A stretch of 62,151 bases of DNA, counting the filler, from Jimgerdemannia flammicorona (Eukaryota): NCBI GenBank assembly GCA_003990765.1. It is 2 parts of 2 records of this genome, joined end to end, with 100 filler letters (N's around TTAATTAATTAA, not from the genome) between each part and the next. Parts side by side here need not be neighbours in the genome. Positions count along the whole stretch, not along the records: positions 1 to 31,028 come from RBNJ01000412.1; 1 more part is not named here. The stretch is one strand, 5' to 3'. The position numbers were made by a program, and so were the translations under genes. Positions 10,419 to 22,300 of this stretch are shown piece after piece. The notes beneath the pieces are model-generated. The model was not told the DNA's origin. It ran no database searches and worked only from the letters and a program-made list of their open reading frames with translations. Every line of letters begins with the position of its first letter. The first letter of the stretch is position 1.

Positions 10419-13256
10419 CCCTTCTCTCCCTCGCTGGTTGCTGCCTTGGTTGGTATCTGTCATTACTCTGCGAAATATCTGACCAATCCAGTCATTCAAG
10501 TATACCTTTGAGAATCAGTGGATATTGTTTGTAATAACATTGTCAGGTCTATTTACTCCGTTTGAGACCATGTTGCCAGCTTTTACTCTGTGGAAGATCG
10601 CCAGCAATTTGTGGATTCTCTCAACACTCTTTTGACCTCTGGTCTACAGTCAGTCTGTGAGGACATTCTTGACTTATATGACATAAGAAAAATTAGGACA
10701 GTGCTGCTCCACCAGCAGAACCTTCTTCATAGTGCATCTTTGGTCTCTGATGCCATTTATGGTTTCAAGCAAGCATACCACTCCACCCCCCCTGCCCACC
10801 TCCAATCTCACTCCCCTGCTATCTCAGTGTTTGATGATATGGTTGCTCATTTCACCACTATCTTCAGTCAGCCGAATACCTCCCTCTGCCTTGATGACTT
10901 CAAGAATATCTTTCCCTTCAGTATGGGTACTCTTGGACTGCAGGCTTTGTTTGACCAGCCTATGGTTTGGAGGGCTATCTGCAGCTACCCTCTCTCAAAG
11001 GCCTGTGGGGCCGACTCCTTACATGTCTGGATCCTTTGGGTGATGGCAGATGAGAAGGATACTTCCTGTAGCCTCTCCAAAGTCTTGTTCTTCTTCTTCC
11101 AGATATGTGTGGTTTGGAGGCTCACTCTCCACTTCTGAAACTCTACCAACATTACCCCAGTTTTTAAGAAAAAGGAATTGCAAATGATTGATGGTTTTCA
11201 CTATATTACTCTCACCAAAATATTTCGTAGACTCATCGAACAGTGTTTGAAAGGATACATCAAGAGCCAAAGTGGCCTGACAGAAAAGTCGCACTACCAA
11301 GGTGGCTTCCAAACCTGCTTCTCATCCCTCTCTCATATCTTGCTCTCATATGAGATGTGGGCCAAGAGATGGGTCTACCATATCTTTCTTGACCTCCAGC
11401 AGGCATATGATAGAGTCCCCCTCAAGCTCATTCTTTCTTAACTTGAGGTATGAGGTACTGATGCAGCCCTCCTTAGCATTATCCGCAGTCTGTTCAACCA
11501 TTGTTCCTATCAGATAGTTGTTAATGGCCTTGTCACCCCTTCAGTCTCCACTGAGTATAGCCTCTTTTAAGGCTCCCTCCTCTCCCCCTGGCTCTTTGAT
11601 GTCTTTATCAACCCCCTCGCCACCTCTTTTGAAGAACAGTTTAAGGAGTATGACTTTCCCCTAGGGCTTTTCTTTGCTGATGATATTGCTCTCAACCCCT
11701 GTACTACTATAGAAGGGCAGAGAATAATTGACTTCTGTGAGGACTAGCTCTTGGTGAATGGTATGGAACTCAATCTAAAGAAGTACAGTTATATTGGCCC
11801 TGTCAAGTATACTGTATGGATTAGGGGCAAGCCCTGTCTGCAACCCCCCTCTTATGTATATCTAGGCATACTGTACACTAACAAAGGGTTTGACTTTGTC
11901 ATTCTTGCATTATAGAATGTGGTGAAGGTGGAATGCACTCTTGAGTTCTGCTATACCTGTGGTCCCCTCTGGTCACCAATAGTCAAGCTGGCCATTATAT
12001 GGACTTTCATCTGACCTCAGCTGGAATATGGCCTCTCCCTTCTATGAGTCTCCTGCTCAGCTACTACTATGGGGCTTCAGGTGTTGAACTATCCTGAGCA
12101 GGTCTTTGATGATGCTGTTGCTAGGGCAGTCAGATTCTCTGGCTATCTCTTGCTTGGCAGCTCAATTCTTGGCCTTTCTTCCTTCTTTCATCATATGTTG
12201 GACCTCTGCTACATGTTCCAAGCCCATCTGGATTAGTGTAGTAAGTCTGATAACAAACCCATTAGCTCCCTTAGTAAGCACTTTATCATGCATCCTCTGG
12301 GTTATATAATTGACAAGTTCTGGCAATAGACCTCATGGCTTGACTTCCTTGACTAGTACTGGGACCTCCATCCCCAGGTCCACAAGACTTGCATGCTCTA
12401 CTTCTTCCTTCAGTCATTTCTCCTGGATCGGCTGCTGCAGGAATAGACTTTCTTATCTCAGGTGCTCATTCAGTACATCACCCACAAAGGCCGCTTGTGG
12501 TCCTGGGGCACCAATCATGTTCTCTCCTTCCCTCCCCCGGCTTGTGCACTCTGCACTAGCCTAGTGCTATGACTACTTTGGCTAACTCCACCCCTGCCCC
12601 TATGGAGATAAGTTTCATCATGGCCATCTCCTCAGGTGCGGTCTTCTCGATGGTTCCTATTTTGCATTCTGAGGTGATTCTGATTATGCTAAACAGCTTG
12701 ATTGATTTATTAGTGATAAATAGCAGAAAGAACTTCATGCCTACCCTCTTCACATTCTTCACAAGACAGTCTATCACACTATCGATGCTATGTGTAATTC
12801 TGGTGGCCACCTCATGGTCAGGTTCTATCTGACTGAGATTACGAAGATACTTGAGTAATCGAGCAATTGCATATTTTCTTTATTTCCTTCTTTCCACTCA
12901 TTCGCCTCAGTTGGTTCTCTTGTTGTTGAGAGTACATTGAGTTATTCATTTCATATTAGTCACTTGGTGTTTGGGTGTTGATATTATTTCCATAGTTGGT
13001 GCCAGGCATTTGTTTATTTTTTCTTAGTTTCTCTCTTTTTTACTTTTTGCATTTATTATCTTTATGGCTGTGACAAAATAGTTTTATCTAGTCCATCCCT
13101 AGAGTGGTCACCTCTCTGGCCTTTGTTTTGTACTTCCTTACTAGTTGTTACTTTGCTGGTCTTGTTTTGCTTTTCTCATCTTAGGAGTCTTTGCTGTTAA
13201 TTGCTCTGATATATCTTATCTTCTCTATAATGAATAAATTCTTACTTAAAGTCTAA
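10419..13256 (+). mobile_element. Telomeric retrotransposon copy 3 (5'-truncated just after the APE domain)
   Basis: Starts at the equivalent of copy 1 position about 2426; degenerate RT motifs (FFADD at about 11669); same 3' UTR followed by telomeric repeats. Confidence 0.92.
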
Positions 13257-13308
13257 CCCTAACCCTAACCCATAAATAAATTCTTTCTTGAAGCTTAACT
13301 CTAACCCT
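13252..13308 (+). repeat. Interstitial telomere tracts flanking a ~22-bp remnant of the element 3' end
   Basis: TCTAA-CCCTAA-CCCTAA-CCC / ATAAATAAATTCTTTCTTGAAG / CTTAA-CTCTAA-CCCT. Confidence 0.85.
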
Positions 13309-16302
13309 CTGATATTCCACCCCTCTGCCAGTCTCACTCAAATAAACACTAGCAGTCTTCTTTAAATTTATCAATCAAATATTAACTGGAATACTCATAC
13401 ATATCAAAACCTTAACTTTCTACTGAATGTTCTTAGCTCAATTATTTCACAACTCCTTCTCAGTTAATAAAGAGGAATTAAGATGCCAATATCCAGACCC
13501 ATCCCTACTTCTCTCAAATTGCTCATATATAATAAGCCCCAGTAGTCAGATAATAGACACTACTCAACTATTATAGGCTTCCAGATATCTAGCCCCCAAT
13601 AGTTTCCTATTAGCACTCAGTCAATTCTAGCCTCCTGGTCATATACCCAGTAAGTATAGACCCTCTTATCTCCCTACATTGCTCAGCCAGCATCTATAAA
13701 GGAGTTAAGTCACTCTATCTCCTCCTAACTCTCTAGACTACCACTCTTGCTCTCTGTATTTCTCACCTCATCTGTCCTATCCAACTATATCAAGCAAACT
13801 ATATTGAAGTCCCCTTTAAGCATCTTCACTTCTATCACTACAAGTACTCCACTATCTAAATGATTATCAATCTACTCTATACACTCACTTCTGACTATAG
13901 AATAGTAATAAGATCTGACCACAATGAACTCTCATTCTGGTTGATACTACTCACCTCAAACCAAATGATCCTTTCAGGTCCTGCTATCATATAATTCTCC
14001 TTGCCCTCTCTATATCAAAATTTCAACCTTGCTATTCTAGACTGGATCTCTACTCCATTCTCTCATCCACTCTTATTGCTCAGAGTCCTCCTATATCATA
14101 TATTCTACAGTAGAAAGAGATCAGTCTCTAATTCTTTTAACCAAGTAAAAATGTTATATTATCTCCCAGAACTCATCAAATTATTCACATTCAATGAGAA
14201 AATGTTAGTTGTACTATTCATAAGAAATAATATTGATATGGACATATCCTCCTCACAAATCTATATTCACTCTATCTATAGCTAGATCTAATCTATATTT
14301 AGCAGTAGTCTCAGCCTCCTCAACCTACTTGGTTTTCAGCCCAACCAATAGCTCATTCATCGAGTACAGCATCATTCTTTAACTTCATCTTCTTCCAGTA
14401 ATCTATGCAATCTCCTTTCCAAATTTCTAATCTTTACCATTCTTCTCACCAGAGCCTGAATGTTCTCTAGCTGCTACTGCCATTTCTACTTCTCTTGCAA
14501 CATCTATCTCATAGCTCTTCTCATCTAGATATACTATTAGTACCTTCTTTATTAGAGTCTCTACAACTCCCTTTCTTCTCATGATTCCTACCTAGTGCTC
14601 CTCACTGACCACTTAGATCTATATCACCCAACTCCTCAGTAACTAAGTTATTCATTGTCTGTCACATCCACTGCAGATTCCCAATCTCCTTACCCCCAGG
14701 GATTGCAAGTCAGCCAGCTCTAAGCATTATAGTATTTACTCTAGTACTTGCAGACTCATCCCACTCTTCCTCAGCGATATCCACCAACTCCTTCTCTCTA
14801 ACCCTAACTATTTATCTCACACTTACCATCTCAGATACTCTACATCTAACATGGCAAGTTCCCATCATCTCTACATCCTCACTAGTAGTTAGCTGGCTAC
14901 TCCAATCTTTCTTTTCTATATCTTCAACCTCCTCCTATACCTTGATCATAGAGAGCTTGATTCCTCTTCTCGTGGCCCCTCCTCATTTGCTTCAGTACCC
15001 ACCAAATCTCCACCCCTGACATTATCTCCTCTCAGCCTCTCCTCTTAAGCTTGGCTTCTCCCTCTCCTCTCCTTCAGCCTCACCAATAGCTCTTTCTGCC
15101 CCTTGTGCCCCTGAGCCCTCTTCTATATTCTCTTGTCCTCCTGAATGTACTTTCTATCTACTATCTCTAAGTGCATTGATTCTATATAATTCTGACATAC
15201 CTTGGCTCACTGCTTTATCACTCTACTGAGCTCCTTCAGTGCCTCCACCAAATCCTCCTCCTCCTCCATACTCCCTTTCACCCTTGTTACCTTGCAGACA
15301 ATTGCCCCCACATCTTCACTGAGACCAGTCTCTTGGCTTTCCTATAGCCTCTCTCTCAGCCAACCTGAGTCTGACCTCTATATCTCCAATTCTAAATGAG
15401 TTCCACTCTTAGACCTAGAAGCTGATATCTACCACCTCACCATACTCTGCCATAAACTCCTCTACCCTTCTCCTCATCTTGACTGTCATTACTGTGGGCA
15501 CTCTCTTTACTAGTAACTGATCCACTCTGGAGTCTCACCGCCATCAGAACCTCAATCTCTCCTATAGTCAGTCCTGTCTTGATTGTCTTCTTGAAAGGGG
15601 CAGTCTCCTCAAAGCCCACCTCCACTCTCTCCAGCCTCTTCAGGAACTTTACCAAGGCTGCTTCAGCCATCTGCTTTGAGAATAGCCTCAGAACTATTCT
15701 CACTGTCACCACTAAACTCTGGAAGCATAACATGACTGTGAACTCTGAGATAGACATCTTGAGTAATAGGACCACCACCAGCTCTGTTACACTATCAGTC
15801 AGATTACTGGTTTTCCTCAGCCTCTATAACCCAGTCCTACAATCAGTAGTCATATCTGGATTTTTTCCAGATCTCTAGTTACTCTTTGATCAGCAGTCCT
15901 ACTAGTTTATCTAGTTACTACTCCACCAGCTCTTCCACCTGCCAACAGAAATACTAATCCTCCAGCCCTTACTTACTTAAACTTTTTCTTACTGCTCTCC
16001 TATCCCACATCAGCTCCAATAGGTAATCTAATTATCTTCTCTTGTCTGCAAAACTCAGCCCCCATACCTGCACCAGACTGGCCACTACTACTCAACCCAC
16101 CATAACCTTCAGACTCTCTCAAAGCCCCTATCTCCAGTTTATACTCCCTTCTGCTGTATTGCCAGTCAAAGGCCCAAGATCTACCCATCTAGTATGCATA
16201 TTGGCTCACTTATTTATTGTCATATCCTTAGTAGCTTTCTTCAATAAATGATTCAAAAGTATGTTTTAAAGTTTGTATGATATGAATGTTAGTAGAGAAA
16301 GG
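13309..16302 (-). mobile_element. L1/Tx1-like LINE, 5' portion (5' UTR, ORF1, APE domain), degenerate
   Basis: Reverse complement aligns with 50830-53860; ORF1 peptide EAALVKFLKRLERVEVGFEETAPF is shared with other copies; family 5' end CTTTCTC. Confidence 0.8.
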
Positions 16303-18231
16303 TAAATTGTAAATAACATTATTATCTCCTAACTTGATCAATACAGAGTATTCAAAAGGATCATAAGTAGAAAACTATTCTCTATATGGCATTATATATT
16401 ATATAGCTCCAGTATCTATTAGCCAGACATTATTGTCATTAGTTGTATTGGTGCATTCATCATTACTACTTTTTGTTGAGTAAAAAGTGTCTCACTGACT
16501 AGGATTTATACATGACAGATTGGTGAATTTGGCTATAGATCTTACACTGCTTGTGGAACTGCTTATTATAGATATAGTTCTCATATTGATGAAATTAGCA
16601 GTGGAGCTAATATCTTATACCAAAAATAGATTATTACTTTTATTAGTTTTAGCAGTATTTGTATTGCTATACTTCTCTCAATAGTTCTTTCTACTACTCC
16701 CATAGTATCAGTATTGACTTTTATCACATTATTACTTATTCTCACCACTCTCCTTATTATTTTTCCAGCTATAGCATTGGTGATTTCTGTGTCCATACTT
16801 GCCACAGTACTTACAGTAACTATCATACTTAGTTGATTAACTAGACTGATTGTTGTATTGATTTTGAGTTTAGGTATATTGGACTTATTGAATGCACTTT
16901 TGATCTTATTTGCCACTACATCTATAAGACTCTTTAAAAGCATTTTCATTATTGTCAACATCATTTTCTTAGTGCATTTTCTTGTTCATAATACTCATTT
17001 AGTACTCCCAATAAATTGAATTAAATCAAATTTGATTCAAATTCGATTTAATTCAATTGAATCAAAGGTCTAATTTGATTTAAAAGTCAATTTGAACCCT
17101 ATTTTTCGAAATATAATAATCAATGAAAATATATCCAAATTTAATAATCTTTAGCCTGTTAGATTCTCCTATATAAGGGAAATCTAACAAGCTAAAGATT
17201 ATTAAATTTGGATATGTTTCATTGAGTTATTATATTTTGAAAAATAAGGTTCAAATTAGATCCTCAATTCAATTTAAATCAATTCGATTTGAATTTCATT
17301 CAAATTGAAAAATCTCCAATTTGATTTAATTTGAATTATCCTCAATTTGATTCAATTCAAATTGATTTGATTCAATTGAGAGCCCTAGGTTCATTATTAT
17401 GTAGGTGTAATCTAAGAAACTATCTTTCTTACATATAGCTGTAATGACAATATTATATATATTCAGAAGTCTTCTTGTAAGTACTATAATCTTATCTTCA
17501 TTACTAATGTAATCTGTAGATATACTGAGGAAATTCACTTGATTCATCAGATCATCAATATGACTGACATATTTATAGATACTCTTCTTTGGCTTCATTG
17601 AAAGATTGAATAGCTGAGATTTCAAGTAGAATTGATTCAACATAGATACTTATATATAATGCTTGTATATGGCTTCCCATACATTGTGAGCTGTTGTAAT
17701 ATACATTACAAGCTTCATTTGCAAGTTCAACAATATGAATGCAATCTCACATAATGCTTGGTAATTGTTTGCTAGATTGTAATCTTGAATTAGTACTTAT
17801 AGCTTCATATACTCTACCAAGCATATTCATAGAGAAGATATATTATATAAAATACCCAAATAGCATAGTCTTTTCCATCAAAGATCAGGATGGACCTCTT
17901 GACTGTATTAATACTAACAACCTAGACTATATTTCCTGTACCTATTGAGGTTACATCTATGAGAGAAATACTTGTGGTTAGTATGTCTATTTCTATACTT
18001 ATATTACTAGGCTAGTCTTCTGATATTTCTAGTATATATGTAGTATATTTAAAGAGGTGTTTTGCTATAGCCACTTAGCACTAGTGGGGCTCATAACCTT
18101 TGTTATAAAAAGAGAGATAATTTCATTGAAGTTACATAGATTGTATATTTCTCTATATTACTAATAAATAATATAAATCTGATAGAATGACACAAGGCCA
18201 CATGCTGGTATATTGAGTTGCCATCTCAACA
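16303..18231 (-). mobile_element. Ty1/copia LTR retrotransposon 5' fragment (LTR, PBS, gag, protease start)
   Basis: LTR TGTTGAG...TAACA (18231-18101), then GGTTATGAGCCC; gag-like YVSHIDDLMNQV...ISNEDKIIVL; protease VWLIDTGA at about 16403-16432. Confidence 0.85.
17000..17387. mobile_element. hAT-type foldback MITE inserted in copia gag
   Basis: Imperfect TIRs TAGTACTCCCAAT / ATTGAGAGCCCTA, degenerate 8-bp TSD (tactcatt/ggttcatt), central palindrome about 17090-17255, GATT/AATC-rich subterminal repeats. Confidence 0.75.
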
Positions 18232-18297
18232 TTTTATTTTATCATTATGATAATGTATCTTTTCTTCTTTACAATTAAATAAATTTAACTTCAAGAC

Positions 18298-18299
<2 letters not shown>
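18232..18299 (+). mobile_element. Diverged 3'-end relic related to the telomeric retrotransposon
   Basis: ATGTATCTTTTCTTCTTTACAATTAAATAAATTTAACTTCAAGACTA aligns with ATGTATCTTGTCTTCTCTATAATGAATAAATCCTTACTTGAAGCCTA. Confidence 0.6.
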
Positions 18300-18376
<77 letters not shown>

Positions 18377-19155
18377 GTTTTTTTTTTTTTTTTTTTTTTT
18401 TTTATAGTCACTTGGACTCCGTTCCTTTATTAATACCCATCTATCCCATATAAATACAGTAATCCCACCCCCTATCCAATCCCCCTAGGGGGACCCCTCC
18501 CCCCTACCCCTTTCCGACAAAAGACCACCTTGTCTAACACCATCGCCACCCTTCCACCACTCTGCTCACAGATCCTCACCACCAAACTGCGACGCCGACC
18601 CCCCTGAGGGCCCCAACCCACCCACCAACCAGTCAGCAGATCCCCCAACAGCTCCTCCCACCATAACACCTTCTCTCACAGCCCAAACCACTGACCCTTC
18701 TCAAATACAAAAAGCCAATGTCTAGCTAATCCCACTCATACTGCTAGTACCCACCCTACAGTGAGCCAACTATCACCCACCCCACCTACAAGCTGAGTTC
18801 GCAAGTCCCCCCAGTAGTCCCCCTCACCACCCAGCCTTCTTCCTATACCTAATCTATCCCCTATCTCAGTCCAAAACTCCCCCAAAACTTCACACTCTCC
18901 CAGCCAATGTTCTGGTGTCTGTACATGACCCTCAGCTCGCCTATCATCATAACACTCTTCACAGTTGAATCGTCCACCCTCTACCAAATACCCTGTGTGG
19001 AAATTCAGCATAATATTCCTCCTCAACATTCTCCACCATACCACCTAGAACTTGGGAGGCAGCCACCGCCATACCTCTGCACTCCAAGTCCAGATACCTG
19101 CCCAGTCCCACTCCTCGCCAATCCCAGCCACCTGCCAGCCACCTGGCCAAACTGC
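18300..19155 (-). mobile_element. 5'-truncated L1/Tx1-like LINE 3' end with ~104-nt poly(A) (relatively young)
   Basis: Poly(T) 18300-18403; ORF 18736-19044 carries the CCHC motif CEEC...EHWLGEC; 3' end GTCCAAGTGAC matches 44860-44870; CpGs retained. Confidence 0.88.
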
Positions 19156-19373
19156 TTTTGCATTACTGTCCTTATGACCATGATAAAATGGTTTTATCCA
19201 GCTCATCCATAGGGTGGTCACCTCTCTGGCCTTCATTTTATACTTCTTAGCTAGTTGTTTACTGCATTGGTCTTGTTATACTTTTCTCAACTTAGGAGTC
19301 TTTGCTATTTATTACTCTGATATATCTTATCTTCTCTATAATGAATAAATTCTTACTTGAAGTCTAACCATAA
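19153..19373 (+). mobile_element. 3' UTR fragment of the telomeric retrotransposon with degenerate telomeric tail
   Basis: Matches about 5047-5263; ends GAAG-TCTAA-CCATAA. Confidence 0.88.
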
Positions 19374-22300
19374 CCTAAGCCACTTATGTGATTTCTCTAT
19401 TTGGCTAGACTTGGCTTTACAGCCTAAACCTATTCCAAATTAAGAAAGCAGTCACTTTGATTAGCTAAGCCTCTCATCAGGTATAAACACTCCCCTTTTA
19501 AATTATTTTTTTATTGTACAACAAAGGTCATGTGACCTGTATTTCACAATTTCACAAATAAATACAATTATACCTTTGCCTATTCTGACAATATCAGCCA
19601 CCTCCTCCATCATCGGTAATGATGGCAATGCTACTTATCTCTTTGCGCACTTTAGCATCTCTCTCTACTACACTGAATGTCATGGTATCAGTCTTCTTTC
19701 TCTCAGCTTCAGTGAGGGTAGTCTTATGGTGATGTGCAGGTCATATGGAGATACATAACTGATATCAGCATATTTATTTTCTCTGTATAATATGGAAGAT
19801 AATGAGGATAATGTGATCTCTTCTGATTTGAACCATGATGCCAAGCACACTCCCTTCTCTCCTATGTTCCTGCTCCACAATTAGAATAAGCACAGTTACC
19901 TGAATACTAGTTTGGGCATAACCCTGACTACTAGTCATACAAACCCCTCAGCCAACCCTGATCTGATCATGGAGATAGCTATAATGAGAAAGCAGATCTT
20001 AGATCTGCTGACTCAAGTAGCCAAACTGGTCAAGATCAACACCTAGCTGATAGCGTAGCTTGCTGCATATTTAGCACCCACCACCCTCTCATCATCTGGT
20101 ACTCTTTCAGGAAGTACCCCTGCCACTCCTTACACACCCACCCCCCCCAAGTCTCCAGCCCCCCCTCTTACTGGTTCTGCTGTGAACATATGGTTGAAGG
20201 CCCAGAAGTAAGTGGACAAGTGGGCTACTAAAGCTATTACATTGTGGTCTAGTACATCACCAAAGGAGGTAACTCTCATGGTAGTACCTCTAGCCACCAA
20301 AGCTGCACCCTCTAAAAAGGGCAAGGCCAAGACCCCCAGGCCAGTATCTCAGGTTATGTCTCTGAGACCCAGTGCTGCTGGTCTATCTTCATTCCCTGCT
20401 TTTACTCCTGCCCCCACTAAATCATATGCTACTACTGCTAAGAAGGTTTCTATTAAATATAGGATTCAGGCCTACCTTGAGATGGAAAGGGCTGCTGCTA
20501 CTGCTACTCTTTTGTACATGATCTGCATACTGACCTCTCATTTGTCACCAACTGAGAGAGGTGCTCAGCTGTAGTACATTTATATTAATAGATTCACCCA
20601 TCTGAAAATCAGACAGATTTGGAAGAACTTATATAATGTCTATATGATATTGTCAACAGTTCTCAATATATCATATGTCTTGGCATCGACTATAAAATTT
20701 CTTCTCTGCTCTGATTATATCATGGCATTCCAAAAGAAGATAAAGGTACTTGGGTTTTCAGTACTATTGGCCTGGGACCCTGTACTCCTCTGTAATAAGA
20801 ATACTATAGAGACTATGAAAGTATAGGTACTCCAAACTTTCTATGCTCAGGTCCAGCAGCTAGCTGTCAAAGCCACTGTGAGGAGGTCTGAGATATAGAC
20901 CTTTTACAAGATGTGAGCTGTGGAACTTAGCCTCACCCTCCCCTCTCTTGCCCCTCTGTCAGCTGGACCTACTTTGAAGGCAGGTGGTACCATGGCCATG
21001 ACTGGAGAGATGGTGATGGATTTGGAGCTGAGGCTTCCTCTTCAGGTACTTCCCATGCTATTGGCACTAATGCACCTAGCCCATAATGAGAGTTGGGTTT
21101 TTTTCATTTATAATATATGGCACATTCTGCTGTATCCCTCTCTGCTCATTCATATATCTTCTTCTACAATATCATACAGGATTATAGGTCATCAGAATAG
21201 TGCTGACATAGTTCTCATGTCAAACTATTTCACCTCACTCATTTCCAGGTCCTCTGATGACCCCTTCTATATCTGGCTTATGTTTTAGGGCTTGGCTTTG
21301 GTTGGGGTTTATGCCCACTCCTCTCTACCCATTGGTGGGTTCTGTGATCTTATATCTAGCCCCTTCCCAGATAATACTCTTTTGATTGGAGACATCAATA
21401 CCCATTTTGGTATCTGCCTTGGTGACATCAACTCTAGTCCTAGAGATCAGATAGATGTTGTCAACACCTTCTTAATGACATGGTCATTGAATCACCTGAC
21501 CTTGGTGGCTAGATCCATATATATTGATCATGCATTCACCACCATATCCCTCCATGCATCTCTTACCTGCACTACTCCTCTTGACACCACCAACCACCCC
21601 TCTCTCCTCACTGTCTCCTTCTCCTTCTCCCCCTCACTGGTTGCTGCCTTGGTTGATATCTATCATTACTCTGTGAAATATCTGATCGATCTGGTCATTC
21701 AAGTATATCTTTGAGAATCAGTGAATATCATTTGTGATACCATTTTCAGGTCCATTTACTCCGTTTGAGATCATGTTGCCAGCTTTTGCTCTGTGAAAGA
21801 TTGCCAGTAATTTGTGGATTCTCTTGACACCCTTTTGACCTCTGGTCTACAGTCAGTCTGTAAGGACATTCTTGGCTCATATAACACAAAAGAAATTAGG
21901 ACAGTGCTGCTCCCCCAGTAGGATCTTCTTCCCAGTATATCTTTGGTCTCTGATGCCATTCACAGTTTCAAGCAAGCATACCACTCCACCCCCCCTGCCT
22001 CCCTCTAATCTCACTCTCCCTGTTTGATAATATGGTTGCTCATTTTACCACTATCTTCAGTCAGCTAAAACCTCCCTCCACCTTGATGACTTTGAGAATA
22101 TCTTTCCCTTCAGTGTGGGTACTCTTGGACTGCAGGCTTAGTTTGACCAGCCTATGGTTTGGAGGGCTATCTGCAGCTACCCTCTCTCAAAGACCTGTAA
22201 GGCCAACTCCTTGTATGTCCGGATCCTTTGGGTGATGGCAGATGAGAAGGATGCTCCCTATAGCCTCTCCAAAGTCTTGTTCTTCTTCTTCTAGATATAT

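Noticed and set aside
18226..18411. Poly-lysine ORF
   Set aside because: Translation of a LINE poly(A) tail.
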